The translations under genes were made by a program, and so were the position numbers. 45,640 bases of DNA from positions 1 through 45,640 of the forward strand of contig PDIP01000096.1 of the NCBI GenBank assembly GCA_002811645.1, in the 5' to 3' direction. The notes below the pieces were generated by a model. The model saw only the letters and a list, made by a program, of their open reading frames with translations. It did not search any database and was not told the DNA's origin. This stretch comes from Corallochytrium limacisporum Hawaii (Eukaryota > Protista > Pluriformea). Of this stretch, positions 1 to 10,933 are shown in pieces (position 1 is the first letter of the stretch; each line of letters opens with the position of its first letter).

Positions 1-234
1 CGTGCCTGACCCTGACCCTGCATGGACACAATCGTATTTGTGTGCTCTACGGAGTAGACGATCTCGAGACTGCTTGTTGCTTCACAAGAGGACAAGGATG
101 TGCCTGTGGGTCCCGTTTGATCGGACACGTCCCGATGGAAGGATCAACATATTTGCATTCGTCGAATTAGGACTGATATGGATAAAGTACGGAGGAATTT
201 TTGGGAATTTGGCTTTTCTAGCTTCACCGCTGAT

Positions 235-790
235 GTGGTGGGGAGCCCAGTAGCTTCGAAATTGTTGGTCGGGGGAGGTCGGGTCTGACTCTGTGGCTGG
301 CGGGTCAGGCACGGTCTTGGAAAGTAGGAGTACGGGACAGACATGCCCTGATAAGACCGAAAAGAGTCCCAAAGTAGGACGAATCATGAAACAAGCATCA
401 TTTTTTAGGGTAATGAATCTAGTGGCTAGGGAGTACCAGTTGGTACCCGTTAAACACAATAGTGTACATTTATGTTTGGAATGGCCATGTAATGAGCCGG
501 TTGGAATGGCCATGTATTGGACCGCTAGCGATGAAGAATGCACTACGCCATTTGCCCGTCATTCTTTCTCCTTAATTGAACCCAGTAAGTATTCGTGGTG
601 TTTCGATAAGTAGGATCCGAACTCCACTGGTGCCTCGAATTTCTCCGATGCCATTCCGAATCACAACAAAAGATATATCTATAAGGCAATTGCGGAGACC
701 AGCAGCAGTACAGCAGAATGTCGAGCGCACATACAGTACCCTTCGCATCGTTGGCTTGAAGACATAGAGCATTTCTACTGAACAAGGATC
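235..790 (-). mobile_element. Highly degenerate non-LTR (L1-like) reverse transcriptase relic
   Basis: Manual minus-strand translation across frameshifts gives RT-like motifs in the correct order: NALCLQANDAKG (~773-738, D..KA-like), RNCLIDISFVVIRNGIGEIRGTSGVR (694-617, NG...GVRQG-like), IRPTLGLFSVLSG (~385-346, L..F...SGL-like), KLLGSP (~257-240, KYLG.P-like). No clear YADD; boundaries approximate. Confidence 0.4.
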
Positions 791-978
791 GTCAGGACAT
801 CCAGTTCCTTTCAACACCAGTGAGATAAAGATTAACCGCGGCTAGATGAACCATGTGGAGGCACATTCATGGCTATTTAAACGGACCAGGAAGTGACATA
901 CAAAGGGAGCACGCCAGTCAGAGTACAGTATGAGAGCCTATGAAGTAGCCCTACTGATACAGGTTTTGTCTTTACATA

Positions 979-1746
979 ATGATCCTGAACTTCTTCTTTG
1001 CCCTTTGCAATATCATTGCCCTTTTAGCTACTGGAATTTCCGCTGACTCTATTGATTCCGCCTCTGACATTAATGCTGAATCTAGCGATTCCGACCCTTC
1101 CATTGGTGCTGAATTTAGCGATTCCGCCGCAATCGCTGATCCCACCACTGTGGATGCTGTAGTCGATTTCGCCAATTGTGTAGCGAGTTCAAGTGACGAG
1201 CCGCCAGTGCTGAGCGACGAAGAAATAGTATTTCTTGATGTGGATGTTGAAGATGGTATATCTACGTATAACGACGATGCTTTCTTCGATGATGAAGACG
1301 ACAAATTATTTCCGGCGTGTTACTTGTTTACATTGAGAAAGACTCTTTGCGTTCAAGCTCCTGTGTTCATGAGAGGTTGCCCCATGGATATTGTGGGTCA
1401 GCTGAGGATTGTTGGTGGTAGGTATGGCCCTATATTTGTGCCTTTGCAGACAGAGGAGCATTGCCATGGGTTGTGGACTGGACAATTTTGTAGCCCTACA
1501 TGGCTTTACAATCCCAGGGAACGTCCTAGCCCAACGACCATCACCATCGATATGCAATCAAGATACCAGAGACAATCCCAGTATAATCCCGTCGAACCCA
1601 CCACTGCCCAACGGCTAAAGATCCCTAAAATGCGCTTTGGCGAGGTCCGGCTTGGTCGTGTGTCCGCCAGCAATAGCCTCGGGTTCTGTGTTGTTACGTA
1701 CTCCGTCAGGAAGGTCCTCTGCCGTGACTTCATCGAGGATGTATGA
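979..1746 (+). CDS. Hypothetical secreted protein (signal peptide, acidic Ser/Asp-rich N-terminal half, Cys-containing C-terminal domain)
   Basis: 255-aa ATG ORF. The hydrophobic N-terminus MILNFFFALCNIIALLATGISA resembles a cleavable signal peptide. Short imperfect repeats follow it, and TATTTAAA lies at 874-881. No family recognised. Confidence 0.6.
   Translation: MILNFFFALCNIIALLATGISADSIDSASDINAESSDSDPSIGAEFSDSAAIADPTTVDAVVDFANCVASSSDEPPVLSDEEIVFLDVDVEDGISTYNDDAFFDDEDDKLFPACYLFTLRKTLCVQAPVFMRGCPMDIVGQLRIVGGRYGPIFVPLQTEEHCHGLWTGQFCSPTWLYNPRERPSPTTITIDMQSRYQRQSQYNPVEPTTAQRLKIPKMRFGEVRLGRVSASNSLGFCVVTYSVRKVLCRDFIEDV
1042..1140 (+). repeat. Three imperfect ~33-bp coding tandem repeats
   Basis: Units ADSIDSASDIN / AESSDSDPSIG / AEFSDSAAIAD; DNA cores gctgaatctagcgattccg and gctgaatttagcgattccg. 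Confidence 0.6.
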
Positions 1747-3583
1747 ACGGAGAACCCAGGACTGTATGCAAGGGAGCTTTCCGGACTACAAGGTGCTAGG
1801 GAGGCAAGATACACAAATGGGTCCACGCGACATGGACCATAAGCCAGTCCTATGCTGGCCAACCAACTTTTCGGGCGATTGTCATTTCAATTCCAGCTCC
1901 TAGAGAGCTTTTTAAAGGTCTTTTTTGAATTGAACAATACTGACATATTTCTGTAGGAAGGATTTGTAAGTTATTGATTAAAAGGGCTACTTGTTTACAG
2001 CAACTCTCCGCGGGGTTTGAGCGTCAAAACACCCAAAGAATATTATTGTGAGGCCTTATACATTAATCTTGCTCCCAAGGGAAATTTCGAATATTCTTGT
2101 GTTTCACCTTCACAGCAAATTGTATGAATCGGGAACCTGACCTCAATCTAAATGGGGTATTCTGTTTTGCCAATTTAGTCCAGGGCGTCTACTATACACA
2201 TTCAACACTGGCACACATACGATGAGAACGGCTCGCAGGACAAGAATGTTCGCCTGGGCTGTTCGGCAGGGGAGTCCTGCTGGGGACTTTTCCAGTATTC
2301 GCTACTACCACCTCCAGAGCCAGGGTCACTTCCATATATTCCAATTATACCGCAGGATAGTGGGGGTATATCGATAAAAGCCGATATGCGTACAATGGCA
2401 CTGTTGTGTCGCATACATTGAACACAACTACCACTTGGATTGGTCCGGGGTCAAAGCCACCGTTTGCAAGAAATATCATCGCATTTGGACCACAGCTCGC
2501 CGCAAACAGCTGGACAGAACTGATGCTCCCGCCAGGTAGGGGAGAGGTGGTTTGGGAACAGAGTGGGACGGCATTTGAAATTCTTCGAATTCTTCGCCTG
2601 AGACTGAGAATGGTCGGGCAATACGACCTAGCTGGGGTCGTATTGAAATGGATGTCGTGGCGTGAAAGGGCGGCCCCCAGCTAAAGAAATATCGGAAGCT
2701 ACAAAAACAGAGTTCGCTGGACACCATCAATTCCTGTTCCACGCAAGCTTCTTTTTCCGCGACCTTGAAAATTCTGCCGCCCGGTTGTGAATCAGGATAC
2801 ATAAGTAAAAACGACTCTAGCAGGATCCGGCGGCTTCTTTTCTGTCCCCCCCCCGTCGTCCCTCCCCCGGAAGTAGAACACGGGAGAATGTGGGAGAGTT
2901 GAAGGCAAGGACGGGGAGTACGGTAGCACAGCAGTACGGGCAGGCGGGACGGGGTGCAAGTGCGCAGGCTGTGCAAGATGCGAGCTGGGAGAAGTTGTTC
3001 CTGAAAAGCTCAGGTGGCGAATGGGAACGCAACACGGTCTGTTTCCATAGAGAACAATCTTATAGTAAATTAAAAAGGTACCAAGATTACATTTCACTTC
3101 CTCTGGGAGTTTACACACTGTTCTTTCCCTCAGCAAAAAGAGGTGTCAGGAACAAAGAGTTGCGGGGAGCGGAAAATTAAAATCTTCTGTAACTGACCCC
3201 TTCACCCAGACGCTCTCTCGCCGCTGCCATTATAGGGATCCGCATGGTGGGTCCGATGCGTACTGGTGAGTCATTTTGGGGACTACGGACGGGAAAGGGA
3301 CATAATCTTGACCAACGAGCCCAAAAAAGTGTGTACCACGTATACTATTAGAACTATCGATTGTAATCTTACGCCGTGACTACCGTCTTGCACGACGGTA
3401 TTGTGTGGGATACAAGTGAATATTCTTGTTCGTGAAGAAGGAATACAGGGAGGTCTAGGTTATACTAGGACGGTGATGGCTATCAAACAAACAAAACCGA
3501 TCCTTTAATGTCTTCTCTATGCTGACCGTCTTGTGCTTTGGTACAATTTACTGAATTTTTGGATACAGACGACGCGCATGCAT

Positions 3584-4942
3584 TTACGCAGATTCCTGCT
3601 CGGCGTAGACATTGCTGCAGTCCTGCACCTTGCCATGCCCAAAATCGATACCATCATCGTGCTTCTTTTCAGGGACGGGGCTGGGATGTTCTCGGCGGGC
3701 TTCCCGGCGTGCTGTTTCAACGTGGTGCTGGAGAGGGGGGAAGATAAAGACGATGAAGATACAGCTCAGCATGTTGAAGAACGCGTAGCCCATGTAAGTG
3801 GGACCTCCACCGATGGCCTGCATGATGGGAGACAGGGATTGGGTGACAGCAAAAGCCAAGAGCCAATTCAGGATGTTAGAAGTGGCACTTCCAAGCTCAG
3901 TGGGCTCAAAGTACTCACCAATGACGGACCACGGGATGGGACCCATACCAAAGTTGAAGGAAGCAATAAAGATGAAGATGGAAGCCAGGGCCAAACCAGT
4001 TGTATGGGCTTGAACATCGTTAGTCTTACCATCACCGATGCTTCCAGTAATAAGCCTCTGATCTTGAATGAAGAAGAATACACCCAACATGATCAAGGCA
4101 GTCATCATACCAAAGGAAGAGACAAAGAGCAAAAGCCTCTTGCCAGCACGGTCAATGACGGCGGTAGCAACAAGCCCAGCAACAAGCTGCACAACCATGG
4201 TGTACACGGAAATGACATCAGGCCTACCAAGTCCTGCAATATCAACAAGGGGACCGATGAAGAAAATGACAACATTAATACCGGACAGCTGCTGGAATAC
4301 CATGAGGGTATAGCTGATGATGTACGGGGCCCACATCTTTTGGGCACTATCTTCCGGTGCCTTCACCTTCTTGACAACCTTCTGTGGACGAGGAGGAGTC
4401 TTCACACCGAAGACGAAGTTAATTACAGCCAAACCGGAAGTAGCGACACAGATCCATGCCAGGTCGCGCCAGCTACTGGTAGCCAGGCCAAAGGCGTTGA
4501 TCAACAGAATACCAAGGCTAATACCAACCTGTACGACAAATCCGAAAGCTCCCTCGTGTCCTTCAGAGGCAACGTCGTTGAGGAACAAAGGAGTGCAAAC
4601 AGTAGTAGCTCCAGATGCGAGACCAGTGACGAGACGTCCCATCATAATCGACCAATACGCCTGAGAGACGGCTTGAATCACCCATCCCAGAGTCATGACG
4701 ATACAGGTGATGCACTGACCCCGGTAAGGACCGTAGTAATTAATAAATACACCGGCAACTCCAGCTCCAACGGCGGCAGCCAAGGGCATGCAACCGGAGT
4801 AACTACTGCTTTCGAAGTCATGGAGATCGAATTCAGCAGTAATAGCAGTGAGCGTAGGGGACGTCCAGGAGAGGGCGTAACCGGTCACCACGGTAGCAAG
4901 GCCTGCAGCAGATGCAGACAGCATCGACTGGATGTCCATCAT
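3584..4942 (-). CDS. MFS sugar porter (GLUT8/Tret1-like sugar transporter)
   Basis: 452 aa with ~12 hydrophobic segments and sugar-porter signatures GYALSWTSP, GRLVTGLASG, FQQLSGIN, IDRAGKRLLL and GMGPIPW...GEYF. Confidence 0.93.
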   Translation of the reverse strand: MMDIQSMLSASAAGLATVVTGYALSWTSPTLTAITAEFDLHDFESSSYSGCMPLAAAVGAGVAGVFINYYGPYRGQCITCIVMTLGWVIQAVSQAYWSIMMGRLVTGLASGATTVCTPLFLNDVASEGHEGAFGFVVQVGISLGILLINAFGLATSSWRDLAWICVATSGLAVINFVFGVKTPPRPQKVVKKVKAPEDSAQKMWAPYIISYTLMVFQQLSGINVVIFFIGPLVDIAGLGRPDVISVYTMVVQLVAGLVATAVIDRAGKRLLLFVSSFGMMTALIMLGVFFFIQDQRLITGSIGDGKTNDVQAHTTGLALASIFIFIASFNFGMGPIPWSVIGEYFEPTELGSATSNILNWLLAFAVTQSLSPIMQAIGGGPTYMGYAFFNMLSCIFIVFIFPPLQHHVETARREARREHPSPVPEKKHDDGIDFGHGKVQDCSNVYAEQESA

Positions 4943-5833
4943 CTTGAATGTGTCTGTTAATCAACTAAAGAACAGAAATGGGTTTGGAAATGAATTGAAC
5001 CGAAATCACAGAGTCATGATACAATGATCCCTGCTCTCCTTCAGACTAGCTAGCAACAGATAGATCCTTATATACCTGGCTGATCCCCGCTGTATTCTTT
5101 ATTATTCACCTCTTACATATGCGCGCAGATGTAAACCAGAAACTGCACACAAACAGGACTGTGTAAGTGCACGTACACAGTTTACGGAAATGCGTAAGGA
5201 ATATATTCTCCGATTGTTAAACGTCGATGAAGAACCGCTACCGATCCTTTCCCCCCTCTCCCTGATTTCCACGTTCCCCCCACACCTTTCCACACAACCC
5301 CTGCCCGCCCAAATTTGTTTCCTTTCCTATCCTCCCGCCGATGACTGGACTCCTCTTTGTCAGACCCGCCCCCGTCCTACGCAGTCTGTCCTAGAAGACT
5401 GCATGATTGGATCAAAAAGCTCTGCGGAGGATGTACGTGTATGTGGGTGATGATGGTTTTTGTTGTGCCATTCCATGTCTCAATACTAAAGATAAATACT
5501 CCTACCAATACCACCAAAGTGCTGCGCGCACCTCATTGATTCTTTCCGGCTATCAGAAAGGGTTTCGATAACCTTCAAGTTTAAAGGACTTGGTTGCTGT
5601 CTCTTATTACGCAAAATTCTGTCCGTGCTGCGTGTATGGTTGGCTCTGGTTGGCTGCCCTCACTGGGGAGTGGAGCATGTTCATTGCTCTCTACGGGTAC
5701 TAAAGCACAATTGGGCTGAGAGTTCCCTTGTACCTAAACCTTTGGTCTTCCCGGATTGCCCAATTGCTTCTTCCTATGTCCCCGTCTGATGCCCTTTCTT
5801 CGGTTTGACTCTCTTCTGCGCGTTAGTGTTCAT

Positions 5834-5990
5834 TCACCTGAGTCACTGGTTCTGGAACCACTACGGGTGTCATTCACGGTGTCTGACTGAGGGCTCCACA
5901 TTGGCTCGATTGAGATCTGGAATCCATTCCAGCCCGAAGGGTTTCTTCTTATCCAAGTGGGGTACTGTTGTCAGACATCCGCTACGAACT
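5834..5990 (-). pseudogene. Possible decayed homeobox fragment
   Basis: Minus strand reads ...KKPFGLEWIPDLNRANVEPSVRHRE*HP*WFQNQ*LR* (WFQNQ at 5860-5846). F-to-P spacing of 6 matches homeodomain F20/P26, and the TGA stops could derive from CGA. P-to-W spacing is 2 aa short, so a chance match is possible. Confidence 0.2.
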
Positions 5991-6439
5991 GCCAACGCGC
6001 AGATTCTGCGTATTTTAACAGCCCTTACTATTTCCATAGTGAACATTTGAAAAATTACGACCGGCCAGCTCGCTCTGCGTCAAACTTCTAAATTCTGCAA
6101 CTCGCGCTCACCGCCGTTTCCCCGTGGGAGACAAGATTGATGCGCAGAGCTTTACTTTGTTTCTTACTGTGACGATGACGCCGTCGTCTTGATTGCACGA
6201 GCAAGCCCCGCCCTGCTGCCATCCGACAATGAGGTTCTTGTAGTATGTGACGACCTTCCCCTCCCCAAGCCGGTCGAAGCCATTGTGAGTGGGTGGTTGA
6301 AAACCCAGTCCCTCGCCGGAGAGGGGGGAGAGGAGGAGAAGGATTGTCTTTTCCCACTTTAGACTTTTTTAATCATAGACGAGTTTCCTCCCCAATTTCC
6401 TCTTTCAGGAATTGAATAGTCTACTTTTGGCTCTACGAA

Positions 6440-7310
6440 TGGAAATGGAAGAGACCTGGTGTACCACACCCAAGGACAAAGGGAAATCATTAACAGGAGC
6501 GGTTCGTACCCTTTGGCTGACGGTTTGGTAGTTGGGTGCGTGGCATGAGTGGCTTAAGTATGATATATGGCGATGCTAGTGTGATTTGTCAAAGGTCAAG
6601 TATATGTTGTTACCCTAAGAGCAACCAGTTAGAATGGTCCCTCCTGATTCTGTTCGACACCACCAAGGATTGTGATGTAGAGGCGTGGTGGAATGCACCT
6701 TGCATGCGATCGTGGCTTCGCCGCCCACAGATGACAATTGAGAACGAACCCACATACTCATTCCTTATCATGTATCACAACATTCTGGAATTCTGGTCGA
6801 TTACATTTTCTCCAAAATTCGTTCCAAAGCAATTTGCTTCGTAGTGCACAAGATTGTAAACATGCAATGTCTCTGTCAGGCACCCTTTCATCGGTATGCT
6901 CTGCTGCTGCCATGCATAGTCGATTTGAGCAACCTGACCTGTAGTGCACATGCTGATGGATAGAAATGGACGCTTCATGATAACCTGTGGAGATGTTCTC
7001 ATTTGTGGACGATGAAGCAGATCGGGGAAGAAGCCAGTGCACTGCAACATCAGCGGCGACACTGAACGCATTTGAGTGCGTAATGGATTTTTCTCTCTCT
7101 TTCTGCACATTTTTATTTCCGCTGGGGTTTGCTTTTCTGAAAGTTTCACAGAGAGGAGGGACATGGTTGCCTAAATAAAGGCAACATCCTGCCACCTCTG
7201 TCCAAGTCCACCGGAAAATTGCCCAACTCCATGTAAGCAAGCCCGGGGATGTAGAGTGCTGCGGCTGCCTGTGAGATCGTGAAAGATGTAGCTGCTGGGT
7301 GTGTGAGAAC
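6440..7310 (+). mobile_element. Degenerate non-LTR retrotransposon RT relic (element A)
   Basis: RT motifs in canonical order across stops and frameshifts: PKDKGKSLTGAVRTLWLT (~6468, PK...YRPISL-like), LLILFDTTKDCDVEAW (~6640-6690, D..KAFD.V.W-like), FLIMYHN, SLSGTLSSVCSAAAMH (~6870, QG.PLSP-like), FSFVDD (6996-7013, Y/FxDD), LLGV (~7292, YLG-like). Confidence 0.55.
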
Positions 7311-8239
7311 TTTTTGGAACAAAACTTTCTGCTACGTGGTGCATGGAAGGAAATACTACCAGTTGCTGAGAAAGACGAGTGGTAAGGTGTTTCCCAGTAC
7401 TACCTAAACGACGGTCCACAACCGCAGGATGGTATTCTAATTTATCTATTTCTTCCTCGGATGGGAGCTTCGGTCTGTCCAGGCGGTTTTTTTCCCCTTG
7501 ATTTTCCCATCGCCCTTGATTCAGTCCCGGCTGCCTGTTCTCCCTTGATTCCGGAAATGAGAAAAGAGCCGCCGATTTCCAGATCCGGTCTGCTCATGCT
7601 CTTGCAAACTGACAGTCTCTGTTTCATGCGAAAGGGTTGGGAGATTCAAGTGGCACACTGCACACGGGGCGAGGGGGGGGGGGGGGGAGGGGGCGGGGAA
7701 AATGTTTCTGTTCGTGACAATTATAATGGGGCGTATATTCGTGTTTGTTGCGCATCCGCTGGAGCCCCGCAGGCCTCGAACCTGCGGTAATATGATTGGC
7801 ACCTCTCCACAGGCGGATATAGTCTACTGAACATCTTATTCCCAGTTGATATCGCGAAGCCAGGAAAATTTCTAGCTGCTCGCCAGTTCTGTGCGGCACG
7901 GATAGTCATACAGCACGCGATGCGAAATAAACGGGAACGGTGCGGGGAAAACGGAGGGAATTCTTTCACGGGCCATAGATGAGCTTGCAGATTAGGTGCA
8001 AGAAATGGGTGTATTTACTAATTGATGATTCGTTGAAGTCTGACCTCGAGAGATCTCAGCATTAGGGTGGGTGCAAGGCATATGTACACATGGTCGCAAG
8101 TACTGGTAGTTGCGACTTTGTTTCCGAGTCCTCGGATGCATGTGCAAACATTGGCTTGGCCGCTTCATTCAAGTATATACAGGTAAGTTCAAGTAATCCA
8201 CCTTTCCAACAACTATACAATATACCCACGCCAAGAAAC

Positions 8240-10860
8240 TCCGCTGTGTGCCCAAACATCAAACCTTACCAAGTTGTTATGGCACTGTCGTATTCGTTAT
8301 GAATCTAAGGCTTCAATGGTGGTGCATCACAATTAATAATCACATTCTCATGATCGCAATCTGGAAACGGAAGAAGCCTTTGATCTCATGGAACTGCTGC
8401 CTTGGGAAGTCCACAAGATATGAGACACCGTACACAAAGGATCCATGTAGGCAAAACTATCACACGGAGGTTGAAAACTATCTGGAGACCAAAGGAGGGA
8501 GTGCAAAAGACAACGAAATTTTCACGAGACAGGAGCCGGAGACAAGCAGGAGAATTATACAAGAGCACACACTTCGTTTCCCTCGTTCCCTTACAACAAT
8601 ATAGGGTGGAGGGATCGGTATGAGAAAACCTAAGTTTGGCCGTAAGTAAGCTGCAAGTAGACGTTCCACACAATACCAAAAATAGTGATCAAGGGCAGAC
8701 AAACTGGTAGTAGGGGATGTACCGTGGTTTAGCTTGCCAGGCTTTAAGCCGGAAGGGTGGAGCAATCGGTAAATTTGTCCAGTTTATACGAAGCACCCAA
8801 GATGTGTTTTTTTGATACTGGTATTGGCGTGGATACTGTCGCTCTCTATCCAAAGAATGCAGAGTGGTGCTCCGGGCTGGCTTCTCTTCCACTCATTTAT
8901 CCAACCGTTGCCGCTCGATCACCCGGTGCCGGCCGGCGATGGAGGGTGGAATAATCAATCCTGAAATTGACGCCCACAAATCAAGTCTTTCGCATGTTGA
9001 TAGATGTCTAAGTTTAGTAAAGTTGTCGAGGCAATCTAAAAGTCCTACAACCTTTCAAGGCTGTTTGTCAGACCAAGGTTGGTGTTGGTCTGCGGCATGT
9101 GCACTTCTGGACTTTAATGGTTGTGCATGTGCAAACTGTACATTCGTACGTCACACTGCCACTTCCCTTGATAACCATGTTTCGGTTGATGTCGAAGTCA
9201 TGGTGGACTCGGACTGATCCTGGAACATGAAGAGGCACTCCGGCAGATGTTGTGGTTCTGTCCCTGAACTCGCCCTTCCAAGTACGACAAGTGTTAGTCG
9301 ACAATATCCAGCTATAAAATCGTATTTTCGTTCTCGCAACCCTTAATAGAAACCCACTCACGGACCTCCTTTGGCCTTCGTATTTGCGGTGGGTGCTGGC
9401 TTAGAGGTCCCGATGGTCAGTCGTAGGCAGAACCTGGTTGCAGAAGTGATTGTCTTCTTCGAGAACGCTTTATCAGGTTTATGATACGCACAGGGTAGCA
9501 GAATTCGGAACATTGTACAATACTCCATTAAAGACGCCTGTTTGGAGGTGGCACCTGGTGGCGTCTTGCTTGAGCGCAGAATACGGACTCCCACCGTGCA
9601 GCGCTGCCATATCTTGGCAGTGGCTGCGAAACTTGGATCCGACTCAAACCGATCAGTTCACCAAGTATGGACTGATGTCAGAGGTTTGGACAAACCACGG
9701 AGAGAAAATGGATCCCCTAATTGGACCAACACTGCCATGCATGTCCGGAGCTAGTTGAACTACCATGCCACCTTATGACAAGAATTTCACGACATAGTCC
9801 TTTGCCACGTCAGTTTGTTTATTCCCTGTCGATGGTCAACAGTGGATCTATTGCAGTGTCAACAAACTGACTCTACGTGCTCTCAATCACCGAACCTATT
9901 TAACTCTGTTCCCTGGTGAAAAGCACGTACTCGACCGTACAGCACAAGGCTTGTGAGTCACGTCTCTTTTCGTCGCTAACGTCCACGGTACCCGCAAGGA
10001 CTTGCCAGGCCCCCTCCGTGGTGTCTTTCTATAAACCACTACAATTGAATCTCCACATGTGTTATGCACGCGCCAATATTAAATAGTTTGTATACCGATC
10101 ATCCGGGATTCTTACATCCCAACCCATTTGCATGACCACCGAGTGCTTGGTGCGTAGGGGTCCTAGAGATCAAGCGACAGCAACCTTGTGAATGTACATG
10201 ACTGTAAAAAAATTTGTGGAAAGGCCGTGGTTGCAACTGTCATCCAAATTTGAATGCTTTCCGGACTTCCGGTCCACGCCGCCTGCGCCATGAGCTCCAT
10301 TTGGGGCCCATTGGCCAAAGACGGTGCGAAGAATTGTGTACTTGAAATCAATTGGAATCGCTGTGGGTGGCGACGAAGAGAAGAAGTAAGATGTAGGAAG
10401 GTGTGTATGGCAGGGGTCGGTTAACAATTAGAATGTTTTTCCAATTGGGATGTGAACTGGTTCGCGATGGGTTGAGCAATATGCGTAGCGTGCCTTCGAT
10501 ATCTAAGTTCGTTCGTGTAGGATTACAGTTCTAAACCATTGGAATGTAGCTGGCGACGTACATGAAACCTCGGAACCGGTAGTCACACCAGAACCTTACC
10601 TTCACGTTGAGCCATTTTTCCTTGGACATGGATATACCCGTCAACACCGATCTGTACCTTTTCTGTCTGAGCCGTCCGCAACGCATCCTTTTGTTGAGGA
10701 CGTTGAAACCAGGGATTTTATACACCGTTGTAGAAATTGACAAATTTGTTTCCCACCCTGCCTTCCGCAGTAAGTATATTTACAAGTGTACTGATCGTTC
10801 TGTCAAAAACGTCTTCCCACCGGGGGGACCCATGGGCAGGATCGTGAAGGCAAATTGAGG
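8240..10860 (-). mobile_element. Degenerate non-LTR retrotransposon, APE endonuclease + RT (RTE-like; element B)
   Basis: APE-like: WETNL (10755), KIPGFNVL, VASYIP, then IDFK...GAHGAGG...LDDSCNHGLSTNFF (~10350-10205; cf. GDFN...G.HG.G..N.NG..L..FC....L...NT.F). RT-like, in order: GDPFSLRGLS (~9717), GVRILRSS (~9591), LMEYC...DKAF (~9474), TCRTWKGEFRDRTTTSAGVP (ending ~9233), HAAD (~9099), LLDCLDNF..HL/INMRKT (~9042-8984), HLGCF (~8805), RLLAAYLRPNL (~8663), FGH (~8255). Many stops and frameshifts. Confidence 0.68.
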
Positions 10861-10912
10861 GAGGAAGCACAGGACAATAACGATAACTTGAAGATCAAGA
10901 ATTGTCCACGTA

Positions 10913-10933
10913 CTCTCTCTCTCTCTCTCTCTC
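10913..10933. repeat. (CT)10 microsatellite
   Basis: ctctctctctctctctctctc seen directly. Confidence 0.9.

Noticed and set aside
2325-2360. CGIIGIY on the minus strand, resembling an Ntn-amidotransferase N-terminus
   Set aside because: Not preceded by Met and no downstream HRG/RGxD motifs; chance match.
3533-4960. 475-aa plus-strand ORF antisense to the sugar porter
   Set aside because: Codon-aligned antisense shadow of a hydrophobic gene rich in C/T-ending codons; non-ATG start and no recognisable motifs.
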